This document shows, in pieces, positions 34,054-44,070 of a stretch of DNA of 58,247 nt (the first letter of the stretch is position 1; each line of letters starts with the position of its first letter). The position numbers and the translations under genes were made by a program. The notes beneath the pieces are model-generated. The model made no database searches. It had not been told where the DNA came from and saw nothing but the letters and a program-made list of their open reading frames with translations. This DNA comes from Patescibacteria group bacterium. Lineage in GTDB: Bacteria; Patescibacteriota; Minisyncoccia; JAHIHE01; JAGLIN01. Location of the stretch: assembly GCA_034659355.1 (NCBI GenBank), contig JAYEHC010000102.1:1-58247 (forward strand), in the 5' to 3' direction.

Positions 34054-35185
34054 AAATAAAAAAATAATTGTTGCAATGTCTGGCGGAGTTGATTCGGCTG
34101 TGGTTGCAGTTTTACTAAAAGAACAAGACTATGAAATAGAAGGCGTTTTTATGCGGTTGGGAATTGCGAGGGATGATCAAGCTGAAAAAAACGCCGGGAG
34201 AATAGCAAGAAAGCTGGGAATTAAATTTTTCGTAGTTGATGTAAGCAAGGAATTTAAAAAGAAGGTAATTGATTATTTCATTTCTGAATATAAAAAAGGG
34301 CAAACGCCAAATCCCTGCGTGGAATGCAATCGGGAAATTAAATTTGGAATTTTGATGGAAAAGGTTTTGAAAATGGGAGCGGATTATGTTGCAACGGGAC
34401 ATTATGTTCGCTTGCAAAATGTCATTGCGGGGAAGGTACGATTGAAGCAATCCCGTAGCTACAAATCACAGGGCTTAGTTGCGGAATTGTTTCACTTCGC
34501 TCGCAATGACAGTAAGAACGGAATTGCAAAATTCAGATTGCTAAAAGCGAAAGACGAAAATAAAGACCAGTCATATTTTCTATATACTTTAAATCAGAAA
34601 AAATTAAAACGCTGTTTGTTTCCGTTGGGGGATTATACAAAAGACGAGGTAAAAAAAATTGCCAAGAAATATAATCTTAAAATTGACAATGAAAAAGAAA
34701 GTCAAGAAATTTGTTTTATAACAAGCAAATACTACGGCGATTTTTTGCGGGAACGCTTAAAACTAAAGGCGGGAGATATAATTGACGCGAATAATAATAT
34801 CTTAGGAAAACACAAGGGGTTGCCTCTTTATACAATCGGGCAACGGAGAGATATTGGTATTGGCGGGACGGGACCTTATTTTGTAATTGGGATGAACCGC
34901 GGGAAAAACCAGCTTGTTGTAAGCGATAACAAAAACGACAAAAATCTATTTTCTAAGAAGCTGGCTGTAAAAAAAGTAAATTGGGTTTCGGGAAGTATTC
35001 CCAAATCGCCGTTTAAGATAAAAGTAAAAACAAGATATAGAATGAAAGAGTGTTTAGCGGTTATTGATAAAATCAACAATAAATACACCGTGAAATTTTT
35101 AAAACCTCAACGCGCTGTTATGTCGGGACAGTCAGTCGTATTTTATAAAGGCAACGAAGTTTTGGGCGGGGGAATTATAATTTAA
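34046..35185 (+). CDS. mnmA: tRNA 2-thiouridine(34) synthase, with an in-frame repeat insertion
   Basis: PP-loop VAMSGGVDSAV, NPCVECN, ATGHY, KDQSYFL. An extra roughly 30 aa (VIAGKVRLKQSRSYKSQGLVAELFHFARND) lies between GHY and KDQSYFL. Confidence 0.9.
   Translation: MNENKKIIVAMSGGVDSAVVAVLLKEQDYEIEGVFMRLGIARDDQAEKNAGRIARKLGIKFFVVDVSKEFKKKVIDYFISEYKKGQTPNPCVECNREIKFGILMEKVLKMGADYVATGHYVRLQNVIAGKVRLKQSRSYKSQGLVAELFHFARNDSKNGIAKFRLLKAKDENKDQSYFLYTLNQKKLKRCLFPLGDYTKDEVKKIAKKYNLKIDNEKESQEICFITSKYYGDFLRERLKLKAGDIIDANNNILGKHKGLPLYTIGQRRDIGIGGTGPYFVIGMNRGKNQLVVSDNKNDKNLFSKKLAVKKVNWVSGSIPKSPFKIKVKTRYRMKECLAVIDKINNKYTVKFLKPQRAVMSGQSVVFYKGNEVLGGGIII
34421..34510. repeat. 90-bp GTCATTGCG..CGCAATGAC palindromic element inserted in frame in mnmA
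   Basis: Termini GTCATTGCGGGGAAG and CTTCGCTCGCAATGAC are inverted repeats. Length is 30 codons. Confidence 0.75.
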
Positions 35186-35306
35186 AATTTGAGATATTGC
35201 GCATTTCGCAAATTTAAAAAAGTTTGATAAAAGTATGCTAATCTGGTATACTTCTGTTATGTGAGAATGATTACAAATTAAATTATATTATTTATAATAA
35301 GTGTTT

Positions 35307-36674
35307 ATGAAAACAAAAAAGAAAGACAAAATTATTGCTAAAAAAGGGGATAGAAAAGTAAAGAAAGTAGCGAAGAATACGAAAGCCAAGACAAAGAGAA
35401 CAAACAAAATAAAAATTAAAAAAACGGTAAAGAAGCAAGGTGTAAAAAAAGCGATAAAAAAACCTTCTAAAAAACAAAAACAGAAAATTGCTGCTAGAAA
35501 AAAGAAGAGAGAGAGAAGAGCTATTTCTAAAAAAGTTGGTAAAAAAATAGTAAAGAAGATAAAGACGACAAAAAAAATCGGAGTTAACGATGATCAAATT
35601 AAAGAACTGCTGAACAGGGGAAAATCAAGAGGATTTATAACACAAGAAGAAATTGTTCATATTATTCCCGATGTTGAAGATGATATAGTGGGTTTGGAAT
35701 ATCTATACGAACAATTAGAGCAGAACAATATAGAAGTACGCGATACCGTTGATATTATTGATCTTTCCGACAAAAATGAAGATGCTAGCAAAAAAAGTCC
35801 TAAAGAAATTAAAGCGGAAATGAATGCTTTGTCGCTTGATAATATTTTTAACGATTCTGTTCAAATGTACCTTCGCGAAATAGGAAGAGTTCCTCTTTTG
35901 AGCGGGGAAGAAGAAATTCAACTTTCAAAAAGAAAAGAAAGAGGCGATGTTGCGGCAAAACAGAAACTGGCGGAAGCAAATCTTCGTCTGGTTGTTAGTA
36001 TCGCAAAAAAATATGTTGGCAGGAGCGCTAATCTAAGCCTGCTAGATTTAATTCAAGAAGGGAATATTGGATTGTTTCGCGCGGTGGAAAAATTTGATTA
36101 TCATAGGGGATATAAATTTTCAACTTACGCAACTTGGTGGATAAGACAGGCAATTACCAGAGCTATCGCGGATCAATCAAGAACGATTAGAATTCCTGTC
36201 CATATGGTTGAAACAATAAATAAATTCTCGCAAACTACAAGACGACTTGTTCAAGATCTTGGACGCGAACCTTTACCGGAAGAAATTGCTTCCGAAATGG
36301 AAATAGAGGTTGAAAAAGTAAGGCACATTATGAAAATATCGCAGGACACCGTTTCTCTGGAAACATCCGTTGGGGAGGATGATGATGAAAGCACTTTGCG
36401 CGATTTTATAGAAGACACCGATACTGTTCTTCCATCTCAAAACGCGGGACGGCAACTTTTAAAGGGATATGTTAAAGATATTCTTGTTGAACTTTCTCCC
36501 CGAGAACAAAAGATTCTGAAAATGCGTTTCGGCCTGGAAGACGGTGTTACGCATACTTTAGAAGAAATTGGACAAGAATTTGGCGTAACCAGAGAAAGAA
36601 TTAGACAGATTGAAGCCAAAGCGTTGGAAAGAATAAGAAAGCATCAAGAATCAAAAAAATTAGAAGATTATTGA
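35307..36674 (+). CDS. rpoD: RNA polymerase sigma-70 factor with about 90-aa lysine-rich N-terminal extension
   Basis: Region 1.1-like [19 protein letters not shown], region 2 [24 protein letters not shown], region 4 [20 protein letters not shown]. The N-terminus is [11 protein letters not shown]...[12 protein letters not shown]. The track start GTG 35301 is also possible. Confidence 0.92.
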   Translation: MKTKKKDKIIAKKGDRKVKKVAKNTKAKTKRTNKIKIKKTVKKQGVKKAIKKPSKKQKQKIAARKKKRERRAISKKVGKKIVKKIKTTKKIGVNDDQIKELLNRGKSRGFITQEEIVHIIPDVEDDIVGLEYLYEQLEQNNIEVRDTVDIIDLSDKNEDASKKSPKEIKAEMNALSLDNIFNDSVQMYLREIGRVPLLSGEEEIQLSKRKERGDVAAKQKLAEANLRLVVSIAKKYVGRSANLSLLDLIQEGNIGLFRAVEKFDYHRGYKFSTYATWWIRQAITRAIADQSRTIRIPVHMVETINKFSQTTRRLVQDLGREPLPEEIASEMEIEVEKVRHIMKISQDTVSLETSVGEDDDESTLRDFIEDTDTVLPSQNAGRQLLKGYVKDILVELSPREQKILKMRFGLEDGVTHTLEEIGQEFGVTRERIRQIEAKALERIRKHQESKKLEDY

Positions 36675-36876
36675 GTTTGAATTGTAGATATCAATTGCTA
36701 GTTTGGAGTTGCGCTCCGAACCTTGTCGCGTTGACAGTGAATTTTATCAATAGCTTGAGATATGGAACCGGCAAAATCTAAATTAGCAATTTCGCAAGGT
36801 TAAAACCTTGCGAACCCTCAACTAAATCTGGGTAGAAATTCTTTTTTTCAAACATTTTAAAAAATTTGCCAATCTC

Positions 36877-38004
36877 ATGCTAACAAATTTATCAAAAAAC
36901 AAAATAGGCGCTTTTCCCGCGCAGTTTATTAGGAAGATGATTAAAGAAGGAGAAATAATAAACGCGGATGAAAATAATATTCAACCGGCGAGTATTGATT
37001 TAAGCATTTCAGATGAGGGATATAGAATGAGAGGCGCGTTTTTGCCGAGAAAGAACGAAAGCGTTAGAGAAATTATCAAGGAAGAGTCTTTGTATAAAAT
37101 AGACCTTAATAATCCTTTAGAGAAAAATGGTATATATTTAATTAGGATTAATGAAAAGTTAAACTTGCCGAAAAATATCTTTGCGTTTTCTTCGTCAAAA
37201 AGTTCCGTAGGAAGAGTTGATTTGCAAACCAGATTGATTGTGAATGGCTATTCAAGATTTGACAGTGTTCTCGCTGGCTATCAAGGCGAACTATGGCTTC
37301 AGGTTATCCCAAAGTCTTTTTTAATAAAACTTAATTTTGAAGATAAATTAAATCAAGTTAGATTTTTTAACGGCGAAGCGAAAATCGGCGGTAAGGAAAT
37401 AGAAAAAATTTACGCGGAGCAAAAACTTCTTTTTAATGAAAATTCAGAACCTGCCAGTCCCGGAGAAAAGATAGCGAAAGACAGTAATGGCGGCATTGTA
37501 ATGAATATAAATTTAAATGGAGAAAAAAGCGATGGGATAGTAGGCTATAAAAATTTGCTGGTTGACTGCGTTTTGGATTTTTCAAAAATGAATTATTATA
37601 ACCCAGACGACTTTTTTGAACCGGTTTATGCTCCGCAAAATGGCAAGCTGATTTTAGAAAAAGAATCGTTCTATATTTTTTCCACAAAGGAGCTAATTAG
37701 AGTTCCCGGCAGTCTTGCTTCGGAAATGATCGCTTACGATATTTACAATGGGGAATTCCGCAGTCATTACGCCGGATTTTTTGATCCGGGATTTGGCTAT
37801 GGCGAAGATGGAGAAATCAAAGGACGGCAAGCGGTTTTGGAAATTAGGTCTTATGAAAACAATTTTATCTTCCGGGATGATCAGCCGATTTGCCGAATGA
37901 ATTTTGAGAGACTGATTGAACCCGCCGATTTTATCTACGGCGAAGAAATCGGCTCGCATTACGCAAATCAGTCTGGACCGAAATTAAGCAAGCATTTTAA
38001 ATAA
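36877..38004 (+). CDS. 2'-deoxycytidine 5'-triphosphate deaminase, long (about 370 aa) DCD form
   Basis: The N-terminal IQPASIDLSISDEGYRMRGAFLP and overall size resemble the long-form DCD family. No kinase or other fused domain. Confidence 0.7.
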   Translation: MLTNLSKNKIGAFPAQFIRKMIKEGEIINADENNIQPASIDLSISDEGYRMRGAFLPRKNESVREIIKEESLYKIDLNNPLEKNGIYLIRINEKLNLPKNIFAFSSSKSSVGRVDLQTRLIVNGYSRFDSVLAGYQGELWLQVIPKSFLIKLNFEDKLNQVRFFNGEAKIGGKEIEKIYAEQKLLFNENSEPASPGEKIAKDSNGGIVMNINLNGEKSDGIVGYKNLLVDCVLDFSKMNYYNPDDFFEPVYAPQNGKLILEKESFYIFSTKELIRVPGSLASEMIAYDIYNGEFRSHYAGFFDPGFGYGEDGEIKGRQAVLEIRSYENNFIFRDDQPICRMNFERLIEPADFIYGEEIGSHYANQSGPKLSKHFK

Positions 38005-38136
38005 TAGACCCCTTGCGTAATTATTTCCTATTACAATTTCCAGATTTTGTTTCCAGATTTTATTTTATTTTTTTAAAAAATATGTTATAATTATGACAGT
38101 TCAATTAACCAACAATTTTAAAATTTAAATTAATGT

Positions 38137-41100
38137 ATGATCAAGTTATTTATAAAGTCTAAAATCACATTATTTTTTTTGTCGCTTGCAGTTTTCGCTT
38201 TTTTTTCTTATAGCGATAATAATAGCGTTCAATGTATAAAAAATGCAGAGGCTAGTTTATGCAAAGGTCCCGCTGATGTTGTGTTGGTTATAGATCGTTC
38301 GTCAACAATGGCTAATAGTTCAAAATTTGATATTACCAAAACTGCTAGTGTTGGTTTTATAAATGAGCTGTTTGCCACTGATCCAGATCCAAGTTATGGC
38401 GAATGCGCTTATCATCAGATTGGTCTGGTTGCTTTTAATAATAATATAGATAGTGAGTCATTGAACCAAAGCGGGTCCTTCATACAAAGTATTATAAATC
38501 AGAGCGATGGAATTCTTGGTAATGCTTATCCAATTGGTTATCGTAGAACTTCAAGTGCTATAGATATAGCAAAAAATAAGTTAGATTCTGAATCGAGCAA
38601 CGCTAACGCTTGCGCGACAAAAACAATGATTGTTTTAACGGACGGATCCCCGGATTATGATATAGATTTGGCTAAAGCGAATGCTGACCTTGCCAAGGCT
38701 AAAGGAATTAGAATTGTTTCCGTCGGTCTTAAATTAGATGAAATTACTAATCCTGCAGAAGAAGAAGAAGCAGAAAATTTTATAAAAAACATAGCTTCAA
38801 CATTTTCTGACTGCTACTATACTTCTGATTTTGGAAATACATTAGATTACTGCACCTCAATTTCCGGTGATAATTTAGAAGTAATTTTAACAACAGTTTA
38901 TAATAGTATCACGGATTCTATTTGCGATGAAATCCCGCCAGTTTTAAATATCCATAGAACTCCGCAGGGAACGCTTTATAATGTTGATGAATTATTGATT
39001 AAATCTATCGCTACTGATATTACCGGATTTAAAAGTCACAATTTAATCTGGAGCGATAATTGGCCAGATGATTTAGTGAATATTGAATGCGCTAATCTTT
39101 CGGGAACTGAAATAGAATGCGACACCGAAGCAATCGGTCCGTTTTCTTCCGGAAAGATATTGAATTATCGTTCAATGGCGGTGGACGCTAATGATAACGA
39201 AGGGGCTATTGATGATCCAAATCCGAGAGCAGCAACAGTCGCTACAGTTTCTTTGGATGTTCCAAATTTATTTAGAAATACGGACAATACAATTAGTGTT
39301 GATATTCTTGACCCGAACGGAAAAGCTGATTTTGATGATTTTTATATCACCATTGACACGCCGGCTTTAGGGGGTGTGGAAATAGAAAAGGCAACAATGA
39401 ATTGTTCCGGAAGCGGAAGCGAGAGAATCTGCGTTTATAGTTTTAATCCCGGGTGCGATTGGACGAATGGAATAACTGACGGTTTCGCAAATAATATAGA
39501 TGTCAATATCTATATTTACGCGGATAGCGATGATATGGATATTCGTCAAATAGCTTCTACTGAAAACCAATCACTTGCTTCATATTTTGAAGGTCCTTCT
39601 CTTATTTATCCCGGGACTTGTTCTGACGAAATAAATAATAATTGTAATTATATAAATAGTGATCCTAATCAACCGATTATTGATTCAGATGAAATATCTT
39701 GCGATACGGAAAATCCTTTGATTAGTAATTCTCGCGCTCCAAGCGGCGATGTTTATGATGATGATTCAATACTTCTTACATCTGATGCTACGGATGATAA
39801 TGGAATCAAACAACACATTATTTATTACAAAGAAAACAGTGGAGCTCGGCAAACTGCCTTTGATTGTAATGATACTAATGTTGATTCTTGGTGTGATGAA
39901 GATGCAAGTCAAAGTATAACAAATATTTCAGCTACGATAGGACCTTTTATCGCTGGAACGCAGATGAGATATCGTTCAATGGCTATTGATTATTCCGGGA
40001 ATAATAATGAAGCTTGGACAGAGCCGGCGTTATTCACTATAAAAAGTAGGGAGTGTGAGGGAGTCGGGGATTTAGGCGCGTGTCTGATTACTCCCGGCGG
40101 GAAATGCTGTGGCGGAGTCTGTAATGTTGCGATTTCAAATCCTGATTCTTACAATGTTGATTATTGCGCCATGGAAATGTGTAACGGAACTTCGTGGCGG
40201 TGGGGAATTGACTATACCAAAAATGATATTACTGACTGTAGCGACGACGGAAATTCTGACGGCTGTTATCCTTACGGAATAGGAGGATGTGAAGATAGGG
40301 ATTATTCCTGCGGGGATGGCTATTGCGTGGCAAGTACTACCAATCAGAATGGCGACGAGTGTATTGGGCTGGATTTTTATGACTATGAATGCAATAGCGG
40401 TTCGTGTGATTTTTCAGTTTTTAATAATGATCCAAGATGCGATGTAATATTAGACAATCTTTCTATCAACGCTTATAATAGCGATGATGTTTTGATAGTC
40501 GGAAGTTCCAGCTCTCTTACAAACGGGGAAGTGCTAAACAATTTAACAAATAAAGTTTCTTTAAATTCCGTTACGAGTGACACCAATGGCATTAGCGAAC
40601 AAAAAATATATTGGAAGAAAAGTGCTGAAATTGATTTTAGTATTGAAAATTGCGATGTTTCATCGTGCGGAGACACTTTAAACCCTTGTGATTGTTCGAA
40701 AGACATTGGCGCGTTTAATGCTGGCGAGATAATAGAATTTTACGCTTCATCAAAAGATGACAGTGTCAATCAGACAGAAGAAATTGAAGGAAGTTCCAAT
40801 GGTTTGAGATATTATTATTATGACGGAACTAATTTTGATGTTTATAAGGGGAGTGATGTTGATACGGATATAGATCATCACTGGAGCGGCAACCAGGTTA
40901 TCATTAACAGCAACAGCTGGGAAGATCAGTATGATTCAGTAAGCATAGTTTGGGATGGATTAGTAAGCCCGGATGTTTTGGGGGAGCACATTTTTTATGT
41001 TTCAATTGATGATGGGATGAGATTATATTTAGACGGAAATTTGGTTATTGACAAATGGTTTAGTCAGACAACCGAATATTACACAGCTTATGATTTTACT

Positions 41101-43971
41101 TCGCTTGAACCGATATCAATAAGGATTGAATGGTATGAAGGCTATGGTAGCGCCACGATGAGATTAGGATGGGATTCACCCAACGGATCAAAAGTTTATC
41201 CGATTCCTTCCGACAATTTAGTCGCTCCCTATTCGTTTGTTGTCCGTAACGGAGAATGCTATGATGTCCCCGGCGGAAATAGGCCGGATTTAACCTTTTG
41301 CGATTCAGGTAATGGCAGATGTTGCGGGGGAGTTTGCGATAGTTCTCAAGATTCAAATCCATACGATAGCGAATGTTCCGTTGACACATGCAATGGAACA
41401 GATTGGATTTATGAAGCGGGAAATGAAAATAATCCTTGCGGGTCAAGCGACACTTGCTTTGATTATTATTCTCCCAATAATCTTTTTTATAGCGGTTGTA
41501 TAACCGGTGGAAATAAATGTTCTTCTGGATATTGCGCTATTGCTTCAAGTTTAACTTCCACGCCTGCTTGTAGCGGAAACTTGCTTACTAATTATAGCTG
41601 TAATCCTGACAACGCGACAGGAACTTGTCAGGTAAAAGACACGAATATAGATTGTTCCATTGTCGGAGATTATGATAATGATTCTGCCTCTGGCGGTACT
41701 GCTTGCAACTGCGATTGCGATAATTATGATCTTGAAGAAAAAGTTTATTCCTCGCTGAATTTTGACGGGGTGGATGATTATGCGTATATATCTGACAGTT
41801 CAACTATGCAAGTTTCTTCATATACTGTTAGTGTATGGATTAAGCCGTCGCTTCAAAATGAATTTTATAGCGGTATTATTGGAAAACCTGGACGCAATTA
41901 TAATATGTGGTTGCTTAATGCTGACACAGACAATACTGGATATATTCATCATCGTTTTCACGATGATTCTAGTTGGAATTCTGGTTGCCTAGATACTCCT
42001 GCTGGATCTGTGCCTACTGATGTTTGGACAAATGTAACTATTACCAATGATGGTGTTAAATGTAGAACATATATTAATGGAGTGGAAAGTACAAGCGGCG
42101 ATGTTAGCGGTTCGCTTGTTGTAGATCCTGGCATTACATATATTGGTCGCAATCTTGATGGTAATAGTGAATATTATTTTAAGGGGAATATTGACGATGC
42201 TCGCATTTACAACCGCGCGCTTTATCCTGAAGAAGTTTTGGATCACCATAACGGAATTTTTGCGGATGATACGGGATTGGTTGGTCATTGGGATTTTGAT
42301 GAAGAGACGGGAGTAACGGTTAATGATATTTCTAGCAATAATAATAACGGGATATTAGAAAACGGTCCGCAGTGGATGAAGCATTATCATGAGAGTCCCA
42401 TTGGAAATAACGGGAATGTGCCAGAAAATTGGCAGGTTTGCACTGACGGAAAAGATAATGATTGTGATGGAACAAGTGATAATTATAATAATGACGACGG
42501 TATTTCTAATTGTGATGGTGAAATAGACGGTGTTTCTGTTAAAGCAAGCGCTGAAAATAGAGACGGGGTTAAAAATGATAATCTGTTTGGCACAGATTTT
42601 GATTTAACAATTGACGATGTTGATATTGAAAGAACAAGTAACGATTTTACAATAACAGCAAACGCAACCGATTATTTTCTAATCCGGCAAATAGTAATTG
42701 AATGGACAAATGATAATTGGATAAGTAGCAATAGTAAGGAGTGTGAAGATACTGGGATTTGCAAAGTGTGCATTGAGGGCGGAACATGCGGAGAGGGAAA
42801 TGATTTAATTCCCTCCTCATCATTGTCAGCGGGAAATACTTTCAACTTTAGAGTTTGCGCTTGGGACAACAGCGTTAATAATAATCAAGGATGCACAGAA
42901 TATCATGGTATCACAATATTGAACTCAAATATAGTGCCTGAAATAACCCCCTTGTCATTTCAAGAACCGGATTTTTGTGATGGAAATTTGAGTTATATAC
43001 TAAAGTGGAATTTTAGCGATCCGGATGGTGATGGACAGTCATCTTATGAAATTGAAGTTAAAGAAGGAAACAACGACTTTACTGATAATCTCACAGTTTA
43101 TGCTAAAAAATATCCTCCTGATCCGTATTTGTCTTCATATTATCAAATTTTAAGCGGTGATTTTGTAAATGACAATGAAATGGAATATAACAAAACATAT
43201 TATTGGCGTATTAAAGTCACTGATAATCGAGGAGGCGGATATGAACAATCTACGGACTGGATAGAAGGACCATCATTTGATACTCCTGAATATAAATATC
43301 CGCAAGTTGATTTTAGCGCAATTTCAGATCATTCAGGTAATTGTTTATATGGATTTGAATTTTTTGGCGCGGAGAACAGGTGCGATTTTGGAGAAGACAT
43401 AACATTTTCAGATGATTGTGAGAATCTTGTTGAGTGTACTAGTTCTAATAACAAACAGTGTTTGTCGACAAATTTCGCAAAGTGTAATCTTGTAAATAAT
43501 CTTTGCGTGTCTTGCGAGGATAATTCCGAGTGCGTTAAATTTAATTCTCCAAATGTCAGCTATTCTTGTAATATAGAAAGTGGGATATGCGAGGCTTCTG
43601 GTTCTTGCCTTACTAGTGATGATTGCAAGGCTGTTGATATCGCAAGATGCGACACAGGAGTTTGTATTTTATGCGATGATGATTCGCAATGTACTAACAG
43701 TAAGTTTGGAACCGTCGATATTGACTATTTTTGCAATAGTAGCGGAAAATGCGAAGACAGAGAATCTCGTAGGTGGTATTTTTATGATAGTATAAATATA
43801 AACAGCAACGACCCCAACCCAGTGAATAACTACATTAATTCAAGCGTTGACACTTATATTGTAACTCTAAAAATAAAAGATGTTTTAGGAAATATTTGTT
43901 CCAAGAGAAAAAATATATTTTTAGGTGGAATGGAGTATCCCAGATGGAATGAAATGCCTCCCTCTAATTAA
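38137..43971 (+). CDS. giant secreted multidomain cysteine-rich surface protein (vWA, repeated Ig-like modules, PA14, LamG, MopE-like motif, PKD-like C-terminus)
   Basis: 1944-aa uninterrupted ORF with signal/anchor KITLFFLSLAVFAFFSYS. Domain motifs are listed in the separate sub-features. Confidence 0.85.
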   Translation: MIKLFIKSKITLFFLSLAVFAFFSYSDNNSVQCIKNAEASLCKGPADVVLVIDRSSTMANSSKFDITKTASVGFINELFATDPDPSYGECAYHQIGLVAFNNNIDSESLNQSGSFIQSIINQSDGILGNAYPIGYRRTSSAIDIAKNKLDSESSNANACATKTMIVLTDGSPDYDIDLAKANADLAKAKGIRIVSVGLKLDEITNPAEEEEAENFIKNIASTFSDCYYTSDFGNTLDYCTSISGDNLEVILTTVYNSITDSICDEIPPVLNIHRTPQGTLYNVDELLIKSIATDITGFKSHNLIWSDNWPDDLVNIECANLSGTEIECDTEAIGPFSSGKILNYRSMAVDANDNEGAIDDPNPRAATVATVSLDVPNLFRNTDNTISVDILDPNGKADFDDFYITIDTPALGGVEIEKATMNCSGSGSERICVYSFNPGCDWTNGITDGFANNIDVNIYIYADSDDMDIRQIASTENQSLASYFEGPSLIYPGTCSDEINNNCNYINSDPNQPIIDSDEISCDTENPLISNSRAPSGDVYDDDSILLTSDATDDNGIKQHIIYYKENSGARQTAFDCNDTNVDSWCDEDASQSITNISATIGPFIAGTQMRYRSMAIDYSGNNNEAWTEPALFTIKSRECEGVGDLGACLITPGGKCCGGVCNVAISNPDSYNVDYCAMEMCNGTSWRWGIDYTKNDITDCSDDGNSDGCYPYGIGGCEDRDYSCGDGYCVASTTNQNGDECIGLDFYDYECNSGSCDFSVFNNDPRCDVILDNLSINAYNSDDVLIVGSSSSLTNGEVLNNLTNKVSLNSVTSDTNGISEQKIYWKKSAEIDFSIENCDVSSCGDTLNPCDCSKDIGAFNAGEIIEFYASSKDDSVNQTEEIEGSSNGLRYYYYDGTNFDVYKGSDVDTDIDHHWSGNQVIINSNSWEDQYDSVSIVWDGLVSPDVLGEHIFYVSIDDGMRLYLDGNLVIDKWFSQTTEYYTAYDFTSLEPISIRIEWYEGYGSATMRLGWDSPNGSKVYPIPSDNLVAPYSFVVRNGECYDVPGGNRPDLTFCDSGNGRCCGGVCDSSQDSNPYDSECSVDTCNGTDWIYEAGNENNPCGSSDTCFDYYSPNNLFYSGCITGGNKCSSGYCAIASSLTSTPACSGNLLTNYSCNPDNATGTCQVKDTNIDCSIVGDYDNDSASGGTACNCDCDNYDLEEKVYSSLNFDGVDDYAYISDSSTMQVSSYTVSVWIKPSLQNEFYSGIIGKPGRNYNMWLLNADTDNTGYIHHRFHDDSSWNSGCLDTPAGSVPTDVWTNVTITNDGVKCRTYINGVESTSGDVSGSLVVDPGITYIGRNLDGNSEYYFKGNIDDARIYNRALYPEEVLDHHNGIFADDTGLVGHWDFDEETGVTVNDISSNNNNGILENGPQWMKHYHESPIGNNGNVPENWQVCTDGKDNDCDGTSDNYNNDDGISNCDGEIDGVSVKASAENRDGVKNDNLFGTDFDLTIDDVDIERTSNDFTITANATDYFLIRQIVIEWTNDNWISSNSKECEDTGICKVCIEGGTCGEGNDLIPSSSLSAGNTFNFRVCAWDNSVNNNQGCTEYHGITILNSNIVPEITPLSFQEPDFCDGNLSYILKWNFSDPDGDGQSSYEIEVKEGNNDFTDNLTVYAKKYPPDPYLSSYYQILSGDFVNDNEMEYNKTYYWRIKVTDNRGGGYEQSTDWIEGPSFDTPEYKYPQVDFSAISDHSGNCLYGFEFFGAENRCDFGEDITFSDDCENLVECTSSNNKQCLSTNFAKCNLVNNLCVSCEDNSECVKFNSPNVSYSCNIESGICEASGSCLTSDDCKAVDIARCDTGVCILCDDDSQCTNSKFGTVDIDYFCNSSGKCEDRESRRWYFYDSININSNDPNPVNNYINSSVDTYIVTLKIKDVLGNICSKRKNIFLGGMEYPRWNEMPPSN
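38269..38916 (+). other. von Willebrand factor A domain of the giant protein
   Basis: DVVLVIDRSSTM with MIDAS D-x-S-x-T at 38293-38307. MIVLTDGSPD and IRIVSVGL strands. Confidence 0.75.
40795..41235 (+). other. PA14-like carbohydrate-binding domain of the giant protein
   Basis: GLRYYYYDGTNFD...VWDGLV.P...GEHIFYVSIDDGMRLYLDGNLVIDKW...IRIEWYEGYGSATMRLGW matches the PA14 pattern. Confidence 0.7.
41740..42390 (+). other. LamG/concanavalin-A-like lectin domain plus the start of a second truncated one
   Basis: LNFDGVDDYAYISDS..YTVSVWIKPS...GNIDDARIYNRALYPEEV, followed by GLVGHWDFDEETGVTVNDISSNNNNGILENGPQW. CTDGKDNDCDG (a MopE-like metal motif) follows at about 42440-42475. Confidence 0.7.
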
Positions 43972-44070
43972 TAGTTTAGTAAAAAAACCGTTTTTGATTT
44001 GTCGTATTGATATTTTCCTAGTATAATAAGATTATTAGGGTTTTAATGTTATAATAAATAAATATTTTTT

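Noticed and set aside
35292-35597. ORF 35292..35597(-), 101 aa, opposite the rpoD 5' end.
   Set aside because: It is the antisense reading of the Lys-codon-rich (AAA/AAG) tail and gives poly-Phe/Leu low-complexity sequence. It is not a real gene.
36790-36813. The perfect palindrome TTCGCAAGGTTAAAACCTTGCGAA downstream of rpoD might be a regulatory operator.
   Set aside because: It lies in the rpoD 3' intergenic region and has no T-run. It shares the GGTTAAAAC core with the palindromic element at 21795-21869, so it is more likely another member of the repeat families or a weak terminator.
36877-38004. The dCTP deaminase might be an anti-phage nucleotide-depletion defence gene.
   Set aside because: It is a stand-alone long-form DCD with no fused kinase or other effector or sensor domain, and it has no neighbouring defence genes. 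It sits between rpoD and the adhesin gene. A housekeeping dUMP-supply role is more parsimonious.
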